A stretch of 64,000 bases of DNA. Origin: the human T2T-CHM13v2.0 reference genome, Homo sapiens. The position numbers and the translations under genes were made by a program. This document shows, in pieces, positions 53,330-64,000 of this stretch. The notes below the pieces were generated by a model, which was not told the origin of the DNA, made no database searches, and worked only from the letters and a program-made list of their open reading frames with translations. Within the stretch, counting starts at the first letter, position 1. Each line of letters begins with the position of its first letter. Where the stretch lies: assembly GCF_009914755.1 (NCBI RefSeq), contig NC_060927.1; one strand, given 5' to 3'.

Positions 53330-55394
53330 GTGGAGAAAATGGGAAGAGAATGGGTGAAGCCTGGGAGACTTATGAGACAGCATGCAAATCTGATCACAAG
53401 GAAGTGAGAAAGACAGCCTTAATATCTAGGGAATGTTCAGATGGTCTGCTGGCAGTCTCAGAGTCTAAGTCAGAGGAATTTTATGTTTTTCAGGAAAAGG
53501 TCTGACTTAACTATTTTTACCATGCCTGGTCATTGAGGAAGAACCTTTGTAAACCTGACTGTGATGAATTTCAGAGTACAGCAGGTGATGCCATTGGTCA
53601 GCTATATTCTCCATAGTTGAAAGTCTGCAAGACCTGTTTCCTATATGGCCTCTCACCCAGAAGCAGTGTGTTGGATGGATTCAAATAAGCTATTTAGGAG
53701 GAGAAAAAAACATATTTCTTACTAATGATTTCCACTTTTCAGGGACCTTAGTAACTGGTTCCTTGAAAATTTAGTATTAAAATCTATTTCTCTTTGAGTC
53801 AATGCCAATACTATTTCCAACACATCACTCCATTTCAAAAAAACAATCCCTTATAGACTTATAATATGTTCCCATTTTAAGATTGTGTGTTTTTATTATT
53901 TATCTTTGCTATTTGAACTCCACAAAACCCATAAAGTTGATGATGGTCAGAATATCATTTGAGGAAACTGAAACTCAGTGAGCTCCTTGAAGGGGTAAAT
54001 GAAAGATCCAAACACCAGGGATTTGCCTTAACTCTAAGCCTGATGGTGATTCAAGTGGACCACTCTTATCTGATAGTTACAGTACCTGTGGAAAGTCTCG
54101 ACAAGTAGGATGACAAAGATCAGGTCTGAAAGATATCCCCAAAGAAAAGATTATATTGTAACCTGAGTGGATGATGGGATAAAGAAGAGGAAAGAGTCAA
54201 AGACAGAGTTTTCAAGCCTGTGTGGCTGAAAGGATAAGATCACAAATAAGATCAAAGTAAATCATTCATATGTTTATGCCCCTTGGTGAGGTCAGTTTGA
54301 AAAATCATTATTTGGAAAGGAATTTTATTGAAACCCTATGCCCTCAGCACAGTAAGTTTGAAAAGTTGTTATTTGGAGGAGATTTTATTGAAACTCCCAG
54401 AAAGAAGTCCTTTTAACCAGATTTCTTTTAGAAGCAAATATAGAGTGGATGTGGGTGAAGCTTTCTTTCCTAGGATTTTAGACCACTGTTACTTCATATT
54501 TGAAAATCAGGAAAATCACACAAAAATATTTTATTGCTACACAAATTTATCACTTTAGTACATTTGATGTCTAATAAGAAATCATATAAGAACAAAATTG
54601 TGAGCTATTCACACAATCTTTCCAGACTCATATGGAAAATGAGTCTACAGGACACAATGTTAATTACAAGTTCATACATAGTTATTTGCACATAATAAAA
54701 GTAGCAGAGAGTATAGAGATTATTTAAAGCTCTTCTGTTGTCAGCTTCCATTTAAAAGATGGAAATAGAACTTTATTTAGGATACCAGAACAACTAGACA
54801 CAATTTAAATTTAGAGAGATATTCAAATAGGTCATAGAGACATTCTCGTGACTGCTATGAAGCAGACAAGCTTGATAAATGGGCAAGGTTTGTAAATAAG
54901 TATCATTTTATTTATTTTATTTTATTTCACATTTTCTGTTAGGGAAAAAGCAGTAGCAGTAGAGAAGCTAAGTTTTGAAATTTCAGACTTTCCCTCGAGG
55001 TTTTACAAATATGTTGCCCATCTTTGTTCTGAATTGCACTGAGTTGAGTAAATTAAATAATAAAACAAAATAAACTCACATACTGCCAAATTCTGTGGAA
55101 TTTCTTTCCAGCTGTTGTGTCTTTATTGAGTAATACATTATCAGTGTGATGGTGTATTTGTGGTGATAAATCACACTGTTTCATAATTAGACCATGTATC
55201 CTGGTAAAATATTAACTCAAAAACTCAGTAGTATGCTGAAGAAAAACATTTTAGAATTTCTGATTCTACGTGATTATTTTTAAAGTACATTGCACATACC
55301 GTTGAGGTAAATTGTAAAATAAGGGCTCAACAATAACAAGAAATGTTCTCATACAAGCCTTCTACTTTATACCGGGAATACTTCAGAGATTTTA

Positions 55395-55800
55395 AAAACA
55401 GAAACTGCAATTTAGTCCTGGCTTAACTATATTTTCAGTTTTCTAAACTTGAATAATTATTCTGGAACTCAATTTTTCCACCTGTGAAGTGGAGGTAATA
55501 ATGGTTACCTCAGGGTGTTATCATAAAAATACAATGAGTTTACCTGTGTGGGGGGACTTTGTACAAGAAGACGAAAAGGCAGCATCACCTTGTGCTTTAT
55601 GGTTATGGCATGGGTTTACATATGGCTCTAAAACTTGCCAGCTCTATTACTTTAGGCAAATTAATTGACTTCAATGTGTCTCAGTTTTCTCATCGGTAAA
55701 TAGAGTTACTATCCAAAATGTTTAGGCAGCCTAAGTGAGAAAACATTTGGAAATTTCTTAAAATAAGCCTGTTCAATATACATGCTTTCTAAATAAATGA
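55395..55800 (+). mobile_element. Two MIR fragments
   Basis: ctcaatttttccacctgtgaagtggaggtaataat and tctcagttttctcatcggtaaatagag cores. Confidence 0.6.
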
Positions 55801-55842
55801 ATTAAAAAATGTGTCACAATGTATATTAGCCACCATAATGGT

Positions 55843-56962
55843 TAATTTTGCATGTTAACTTGACTGGACCGCAGTGTGCCCAGATATTTGGCCAAATATC
55901 ATTGTAAGTGTTTCTGTGCAAATATTTTTGAACGAATTTATCTTTTAATTGATAGAATGAGTAAATCAGATTGTTCTGATTACTGGGCCTCCTCCAATCA
56001 GCTGAAAGCCTGAATAGAACAAAAGGCTAACCCTCTTCAGAATAAGAGGGAACTCCTCTTGCCAGACTGCTTTCAAGCTAGGACATCTGTGTTTTTTCTG
56101 CCTTTGCACTTGACCTAAAACATGAACTTTTCCCAAGTCTCAAGACCGCTGGCCTTTTGACTGAAATACCACCATTACCTGTCCTGGGTCTCCAGCTTGT
56201 GAACTGTAGATCTTGGAACTTATTAGCCTCCATAATCATGTGAGTTAATTCCTTATAATAAACCACTATATAGGGCCGGGCTTGGTAGCTCATGCCTCAT
56301 ACTTTATAGTATGACAGCTGGCACAAGAGGTCAGATCATTACCTTGTTTAACCTTGACTAGGAACATATGTCTCAGGTAATTCAAATTTTTCACCAATCT
56401 GTCCATGTATATAAAAAGGATGTAAGTATTGATTTGGGGGTTGAAAAATAAATTTTAGCAAATAAGCAAATTTGAAAATGCAGAATCCATGAATAAGGAG
56501 AATCCACTGCACTGCACTTTGGGAAGCCTAGGTGGGTGAATCACTGGAGGTCAGGAGTTTGAGACCAGCCTGGCCAACATGATGAAACCCCATCTCTACT
56601 AAAAATACAAAAAATTAGCTTAACATGGTGGTGGGCACCTTAATTCCAGCTACTCGGGAGGGGACGCTGAGGCAGGAGAAATGCTTGAACCAGGGAGGCA
56701 GAGGTTGTGGTGAGCCAAGATCACGCCACTGAACTCCAGCCTGGGCAGCAGGGATGAAACTCTGTCTCAAAAAATAAAAATAAAAATAAATAAATCATAT
56801 ATATATCCAATTATATACATATAATTATATATAATTGATAGGGGTATATATAGTTATATATATAATATATAAATATAAATAGACATATATTTGAATATAT
56901 ATGTAAAGATTATATATAAAGATATATGTGTGTGTGTTTCTCTGGAGAACCCTGAAAAATGC
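55843..56962 (+). mobile_element. MLT2 (C/D-like, ERVL) solo LTR, interrupted by Alu
   Basis: atggttaattttgcatgttaacttgactgg...tgtttctctggagaaccctga. Confidence 0.85.
56273..56792 (+). mobile_element. AluS whose head is interrupted by a ~215-bp MER82-derived insertion (56298-56513)
   Basis: ggccgggcttggtagctcatgcct | insert | gcactttgggaagcc...; A-rich tail. Confidence 0.92.
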
Positions 56963-57539
56963 AGTTAGATACATGTTCCCAACAAATAAATGATAAACAA
57001 TGATTTTTCTTATCATAAAATGTTGTAATATGTTAGAAAATGTGAAAAAATCAATACAAAGTTAAGCTGAATATGAGTGATATCATAAAGCATGTAGTAA
57101 AAGTTACATTGTACAATTCTTACTGAGATTTTAAAATTTAAATCACTTCAAAATAACTCTACATTTATTATAGAATCAAGTAATTTGATAATTTAATTTT
57201 TGGTTTGTCATGTGTCCATATGTATTAAAATATCAGAGTAGAATGAAATTTATATACTCTTTCTTCAGTGTCTGCCTGAATTTTTATATGATATATAAAG
57301 AAAGCCATAGATATAATTATTAGGTAAATGTTTCATTTTTGTGAATTGATCAGTGATATTAGGTTTTATTAAATTTTTTACTGTGATACTTCTTATTTAA
57401 AAAATAAATAGATGTTTGAATATTTCCATAATTTTAGTGCCAACACAGTGAAATTTGGTGAGACACAGGAAAACGTAATGATGTAATAAATTTCAGCATC
57501 AGCATTTCCGCTTTAGGTCAAAGAAACTAATTTCTAATA

Positions 57540-58216
57540 TGATTAATTCTCATTATTTGCTCTAGTTATGTTCTATAAAGTCATCACAAACACTGGGATA
57601 GCGAACACCAAATCATTGTTCACAGGGGAGATGCAGATTTAAGTTCTTGTGCACCTTTGGTCAAAATATTTTTATCAGTTAATCAATGCATAACCTTGTT
57701 TGTTGTGTTTTTTAAGACACCTTATTTTTAATATACACACGCACACCATGTGTGTGTACCTATGTAAATATAGAGCTTATTTTATATACACACACACACA
57801 CACAAATTGTTGAATCATTAATGTACTCATTGCTGCAACACTGTAACTCATGCCTGAACTGTTTCTTCATAAGGTCATGTCACAGTCTTTCTGCATTTAG
57901 AAATGCTAGACAGTACTTCAGCGCTATACTTGAGGTCCATTTTAAGTATCAAAATCACTAACAAAAATGTGAAAAACATGACATTAAATAGACCACACAA
58001 AGGACACTTTATAGTATGAGAGCTGGCACAAGAAGTCAGAGCATTGTCTTGTTTAACCTTGACTAGGAACATATGTATCAGATAATTCAAATTTTTCAGC
58101 AATCTGTCTATGTACATAAAAGGGACGTAAGTAATGATTTGGGGGTTGAAAAATAAATTTTAGCCAAATGAAGCAAATTTGAAAATGCAGAATCCATGAA
58201 TAAAGAGAATCCACTG
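57540..58216 (+). mobile_element. MER82-type TcMar-Tigger DNA transposon, full length
   Basis: attctcattatttgc...tagttatgttctataaagtc start, ...gaatccatgaataaagagaatccactg end; degenerate terminal inverted repeats. Confidence 0.85.
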
Positions 58217-58292
58217 CACTCTAATATTTGAAGTATTTTCAGTACTTCAGTATTTCTGTTAATAATTTGTATAGTTAACTAGGAGAGAGTTC

Positions 58293-58635
58293 TTTTTAAC
58301 ATTTTTATTTTTAATTATTTGGGGTACACATAGTTGTATATATTTATGGGGTACATGTGATGTTTTGATATATATACAATGTATGTATCATACAATGTAT
58401 TATATGTGTTGAGGCATACAGTAAGTAATGATAAAACTAGGATAGTTGGAATATCTGTCACCTAAAGCTTTATCATTTATCTGTGTTAGAGACATTCCAA
58501 TTCCACTTTTTATTTAAATGTATACAATAAATTATCAACTATAGTCATTCTATTGTGCCACCATATAGTAGATCTTATTCATTCTACCTGTATTTTTGTT
58601 CCCATTACCCAACCTCACATTATCTCCAACTCAAA
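58293..58635 (-). mobile_element. L1MA 3' end
   Basis: atagttgtatatatttatggggtacatgtgatgttttgata. Confidence 0.85.
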
Positions 58636-59619
58636 CTAGTTCTTGTTTAGATTTCCTAGAGTATGAAGTTTAGAGGAAAAAAAAAATGAGTTAAAGTGTG
58701 CTCATAAGTAAGAAAATAGTGCAACTGTGGCATAATTTTAATGACACAGATGCAGATAAATTAATCAGAGGTGACACAACACAATAATTTACTAGAAGAA
58801 TAATTCTGAACAAGTGAAATAGAGATTAAGTTTAAAATGACCAAAAAATATTATTGTGGTTTAAAATAAGTCAACTTTTGTGTCCAAGCATATTTCCAGC
58901 AGAATTTAAAAATCGGATGGTAGAGTAGAGACAAAATTTTTCAAGTTTTATTCATATGCAACTAGAGTGGTCAGTTTGATGTCAGTTATGAAAAAGCCTA
59001 GCTATGTCCCCTCCCATCAGGATCATACTGAAGCAAGCCTTGAGAACTATTACTAAGTCATGTAGTTCAAGTACAAAATCATTAAAGCAGTAGGCATAGG
59101 CAGATGTTTGTATGTTAATCACCAATGTTAAATTGAAAGAATTTGCCCCATTATTGTCAAATAACTAATAGGAAGGTTAGAATATTATAAAATGATGAGT
59201 TTTATAATTAGACACACCTGGCTTCAAAACCTCATAACCACTCCAGTGAAGGTGAATGATTTCAACTTCACTAATAAACTTCACTAAGTCTCACTTTCCT
59301 CCCAAGTAGTTGGATATATAGCAGAATGGTGACATTAACCATTAGTTCTGAAGGAATATTACCTGTCTCAAAATTGTGGTTCTGCCACCTATGAGTTAGT
59401 GAGAGAAATTTATTATCTTTTCAAAATGCACCTTTCTCGTCTGTTTAAAGAATATAATGATGGGCTCACCCTGTATCAGTCCATATCCTTTGCAAATACA
59501 GAATTCATTATAACCAGATTGGGCAAGAAGAATTCACCCTAAAAAGCTTTTGGAAACATTGAAAAGACTGAAAAATAGACTCTACACTAGTCTGAACAGC
59601 AAGTAATTTACTATGGGAC

Positions 59620-60272
59620 CACAGTTCTCAAACTGTGGCTATACAGAGATGCTAAATGATAACTTAAATTGTTGAGGCTACACAGTGACACATATTGGTC
59701 ACTGTGGAAATTATTCCTATTAAGTTGTTTTGACCTATATAATAGAGCATAGTACCTGTGTTAAAGATTATACTGTACGGTCTGTGTACAGACTGTACAA
59801 CCGTGTATATAACACAGTACTATGGAAATTGTGTCCCCTCAAAAGGCATTTGTTAAAATCCTAACCCCCAAAGCAATATCATTAAGATGGAGCGCCACTG
59901 AAGATAATTAGGTCATAAAGGTGGAGTTTTCAGACATAGGATTAGTGTCCTTATGAAGGAGGTCCCTGAGAGCTCCTTTGTCTCTTTCACCATGTAAGGA
60001 CTTGGTAAAAAGATGAGCATCTATGAACTAAGAAGCTGACCCTCGCCAGACTTTGAATCTTTCCTCACCTTGATCTTGGACTTCCCAGACACCATAACTG
60101 TGAGAAATAAATTTATGTGTTTATAAGCCATCCAGTTTATGGTATTTTTGTTACAGCAACATGAACAAACTAAGACACATAGATTTTAGATTTTAAATTC
60201 CTACTGGCACTGTAAAAAAATAGTTGCCAAGAGACTAAAGGCACTATGAACTGAAAAATATTTGGGAACTTT
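59620..60272. mobile_element. hAT-Charlie-like MITE interrupted by an MLT1A LTR
   Basis: cacagttctcaaact start and ...atttgggaactt end resemble Charlie terminal inverted repeats. Confidence 0.5.
59818..60177 (+). mobile_element. MLT1A0-like solo LTR
   Basis: tactatggaaattgtgtcccctcaaaa...ccttgatcttggacttcccag...aactaagaca. Confidence 0.85.
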
Positions 60273-60554
60273 TGTCATAGGGTTTGCAATAGCTCACAGA
60301 ATCACCGGGAAGCATTAAAAAAATAAACTCTAGTCTGAGTTTTCAAGAATATTTACAAAGCCACACTGGTAAACTACCAAGGAAACTGCTGCTCCTCTCC
60401 CAAATTGGTAAGCTATCACTACCACTGTTGGCCCCAGAACCTATTCATCTATAATCCACAAGCCTTGACTCTCTCCCTAATAAACTGTGTTCTAAATTTA
60501 AGCTCCCCATGAATGCATCGGATTAGTGGACTTTAAATCATATTTAGCTCACAC

Positions 60555-60735
60555 TATTTAAGTTTAATTAAAATTATATACAATGAAAACTTCAGTTTCT
60601 CACCCATACTAGCTCAATAGGTTCATTTAAAATTCTCCATAATCTTAGGTGGCTAGTGGCTACTGTACTGGACATGGTGCAGATATAGAACTTTTCCATG
60701 ATCATGGAAAGTTCTGTTGGGGTTGGTCAATGCTG
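60555..60735 (-). mobile_element. MER3-type hAT-Charlie MITE
   Basis: gtggctagtggctactgtactggaca...cagatatagaacttttccatgatcatggaaagttctgttgg. Confidence 0.8.
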
Positions 60736-60964
60736 TTTGGTTATACCATTAGCTATAACTGCTACAGTTTTATTTGGATATTTTTACTTATGTTACATTT
60801 GTCATATTTTTTTCCTATGTTTCACATCTTAGGTCAGTCTAGAATAGAATATAATTCTATCAAGCCTTTTACATAAACTCAGATTTCTGTCTCCCTGATT
60901 CTAATTGCTCAAAAATCTTTTCTTCAGCTGCAGCTCTGACTCTTCATAATTTACTATTATAGAT

Positions 60965-61165
60965 CAGGGTAGCTCAACATTAGCACTATTAACATTCTAG
61001 GTTGCATAATTTTTGTCGTGGAGGCCTGTCCTTTGCAGAGAAGGATATTTAGCAGCATTCCTGGGCAATTCTCACTAGATTCTGGCAGCACCCTTCCCCA
61101 GATTGTAATAACCCAGACTTTTTCGAGATGTTGCCAATGCCATCTAGACAACAAAAGAGCCACTG
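60965..61165 (-). mobile_element. MER20 hAT-Charlie MITE
   Basis: cagggtagctcaacattagcactattaacatt...aggatatttagcagcattcctgg...gagccactg. Confidence 0.82.
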
Positions 61166-61748
61166 GTATAGAAGGTCTATGCATATTGAACATAAGAAGT
61201 TCCCCTTGGATCAATCAGGCACTGAAAATTATCTATTTCAGTTACCAAAGAAGTGCTTTTTTAAAAAAATTCTCTTTCTGCTGGTTCTCTCTTCTCTTTC
61301 TTTCTCATGTTGTGGCCATTGTTTTTTTTCTTTCTTTTTGCCAATGTACACAACTTTTAGGCTTTATACTGCAAAATATTTGCTTTGCTTAAGATACAGA
61401 AATCATAACACTGCTGTCACACAAGAAAGCTACCCCCTGACTATACGATCTCAGGAACTTATTATTTTATAAATGCCTCCCTGTAACTTTTAATGATACA
61501 TTTTTGTTCTTCCCAGAACAATCACAGCTGAGTCTATAGAAATCGATCAAGATTGGTTAGGCAGTAGAGCCTGATATTATACTTGCCACCTTTCAGCACT
61601 AAAAATATGTAATGAGGGAATGACTAAAATTGTAGATAAGCATCACATATAAGGCAGGCCAGAGGAGAATATAGTGAGCATCTAGTAGCATTTACAGACG
61701 ACTGAAGGAGTTTTGGAACACTGAGTCTCAAACAAGTTGGTTATAATA

Positions 61749-62075
61749 CAGAGCTTTTCAACTTCTATTACATGTTAAAATCACTTAGTAAGCTTAGAAA
61801 TTCTACCTAGACCTGCATCCATTCCCAAGATTCTGATTAAATATATCTGGACTGGAGTTCCAGAAATATATTTTTAAGGCCCTCAGGCAATTCTAAAATA
61901 TATTCAGGTTTGCTAATCTTTGCAATATAGACATCACCTCTGGAGTTTACAAAATATTGATTTATGTGATGTGGGTTGATTTCTATTTCAATAGACTTGG
62001 GATGTGTGCCCCAATAATAAAGGTTTATTTAATTCTTCCTATGATTATTTTATGTAATCACATTTATTAAGCACT
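61749..62075. mobile_element. Two adjacent degenerate MER5-type MITEs
   Basis: cagagcttttcaactt...aaaatcactt...agattctgatt; second copy catcacctctggagttt... Confidence 0.55.
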
Positions 62076-63789
62076 TTCTTGGTAGAGAAAAGAAACGTAG
62101 AGGTGGAAATTTGTCTCTGTGTCAGGTTATTCAAAAGTGGGCAGGGCCCCAGTATATTGGTAGGAGGGTGAAGAAACTTGGATAATAGCAGGAGGATGAT
62201 CAGTAGATGTGGCAAAAAGTAGGATAAGGCTGCATTGGGAACCAGGGTCCAGGGCAGAACTCCAGGCCAGAAAATGAGATGGAATTAAGGGGGGACCAAA
62301 AAGGAAACTAGTAACTGGATAGAAAAGGTTCTCAGCGATTGTAACAGTAATAGAAGTTGATGATTTTCTTATGAAGAATAAGACACAAAATTAAAAGAAG
62401 TACATGTACTAATAGGCAGCAGGGCAGAAGGCTCAGCCTTCAATTACTTTGATTTATGTCATCTCTTGATAGTAATCAGATTAAGCTTTGAGCCTGCAGG
62501 TGAGCATTAAATGATCAGTTTACAATACTGGGGGTCTTGGAGTAAAATTGGGTAGAACAATAGACCGTGAACACTTTGCAGCTTTTGACATTCGTGCTGC
62601 ATATATTTCTCTATTTCAAAACAGGATACTACATGTGTTTTTTAGGACCCAGATCACTTTTCATTTTGAAAATATGATGCTCATATTTTTTCACATTTTA
62701 ATGAGAAGACAAGCTGTTATAAATTTAGACAAAACTTGTAGATTAATTAAAGTCATTCCAATCATAGCAAAATCATGACCTATTAACATCAGAGCATTTT
62801 TTATTTTCTTAAGTCTTCAACTAGAAACATTCAGAATCCACAAAACTCAAAGTCAATTTTGGAGTTGTTTCACATTTTCCAAAGTAGCAGTAAATATTTC
62901 CTCCCTTCAAATTGACTAGTTTTACATATTAGTACATACAAGATAGGACAAAAATCTTAGAAAAGTCTATTTACTCCTAAGCAATATCTAGTTATCAGTT
63001 AAGGTCTACATTCAAAAAACGTTTGAACAAACACATTCTGGTCACATAATAAGTGAATTATAATCTTTATTTTAACTCAAGTTTATAATGTAATAGTCAA
63101 CTCATTTCTTTTTATAAAGGTATTCTTCATATATCAAGGCTTTCACAGTTTCCAGAGCCATACAAATGTACACAGGTGTTTTATTTGGTGACATACAGTT
63201 TAGGCGAGCACTTCGTCAGAGGTCCTGAGTTCAAAAGACTTGTAATTTTTCCTATTATTTTTCACGAGCTAAAGCTATTTTCCCAGAACTACTTAGTTGT
63301 TCAACTACTCAGCCTCTCAATGCTCACAGCCTTGACTTTTTTCTCTTTTTTCGTAACTCCAATAACTTAAAGTATTGCGCAAATGAGTAATTGTTAAGCC
63401 ACATACATTTGATTCTAGCTATTAAAATGAATGACATACAGTCTCACTCTTATCTGACTAAAAAGCACTCTTTTCATCTTGCAAAGAGAAAATATCTTTG
63501 TGTTACTTGACAATTCGTATGAGAGCCCTGTTTTAATAGAAGCACAAGACACATCCTTCCAGGTGTACATGCCTTTTTTAGAAATGATCAAATATAGTCA
63601 GCTATTAAATAGAAAATCAGCTCAAAGTTTTACAACTGTGCCTTTTAACATAAATGGCTTGAGCCTTTTACCCTTGCTGTTTGCTGTTCCTGAAAGGAGT
63701 CTGTACTTTTCATGGCTGGGCTCCTCCGTGTTATTCATGTCATAGAGACACACACAGACACACACATGTACACACAAAAAAATTGCTTC

Positions 63790-64000
63790 TCAGGTCCTAA
63801 TCTGACTACCAAGTTTATATTATATAATCTTTTTCTATTTTCTACAATCCATTGAAATTGTCTCACACTTGCATTTATTTGTTCATACTTTATTTTTTCT
63901 CTCTACTACTACTTCCCATCATAGGAACAAGGGCTTTAGTTGTTCTTGTTCACCACAAGTTTGCCAACCATCTTCCAGAGCACCAGGCACCTTAGAGACA
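63790..64000 (+). mobile_element. L2 3' region
   Basis: cccatcataggaacaagggc...tcttgttcacca...agagcaccaggcac. Confidence 0.6.

Larger units (their letters stand above)
49653..53656 (-). mobile_element. LTR16-like (ERVL) LTR split into 49653-49725 and 53330-53656 by younger insertions
   Basis: tgtcttagtctgagttctctgagaatcaaatactgagac...tttatt, resuming at gggagacttatgagacagcatgcaaatctga. Confidence 0.55.

Overview
AT-rich, CpG-poor primate (probably human or ape) non-coding DNA, mostly interspersed repeats. No credible protein-coding exon, RNA gene or CpG island was found, and the listed ORFs are repeat remnants or chance frames. Main elements: a near-full-length old L1PA (minus, ~12334-20970) interrupted by a complete THE1D/MSTA-type MaLR provirus; a complete MER4-type ERV1 provirus (34237-38749) with GTGG TSD, polypurine tract and a tRNA-Arg-type PBS; a ~5 kb L1MC; a MER52 solo LTR; a nested LTR16/MLT1A/MLT2B/Alu cluster; nine Alus; several DNA-transposon MITEs; and tandem repeats. 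The most unusual signal is two local templated insertions about 5 kb apart, each copying 0.2-0.3 kb from 1.7-1.8 kb downstream into or beside an Alu head, one preceded by a fold-back inversion. These look like fossil template-switch repair events. I see no evidence for a new gene system. Family names come from recalled consensus sequences, and coordinates and identities were read by eye.
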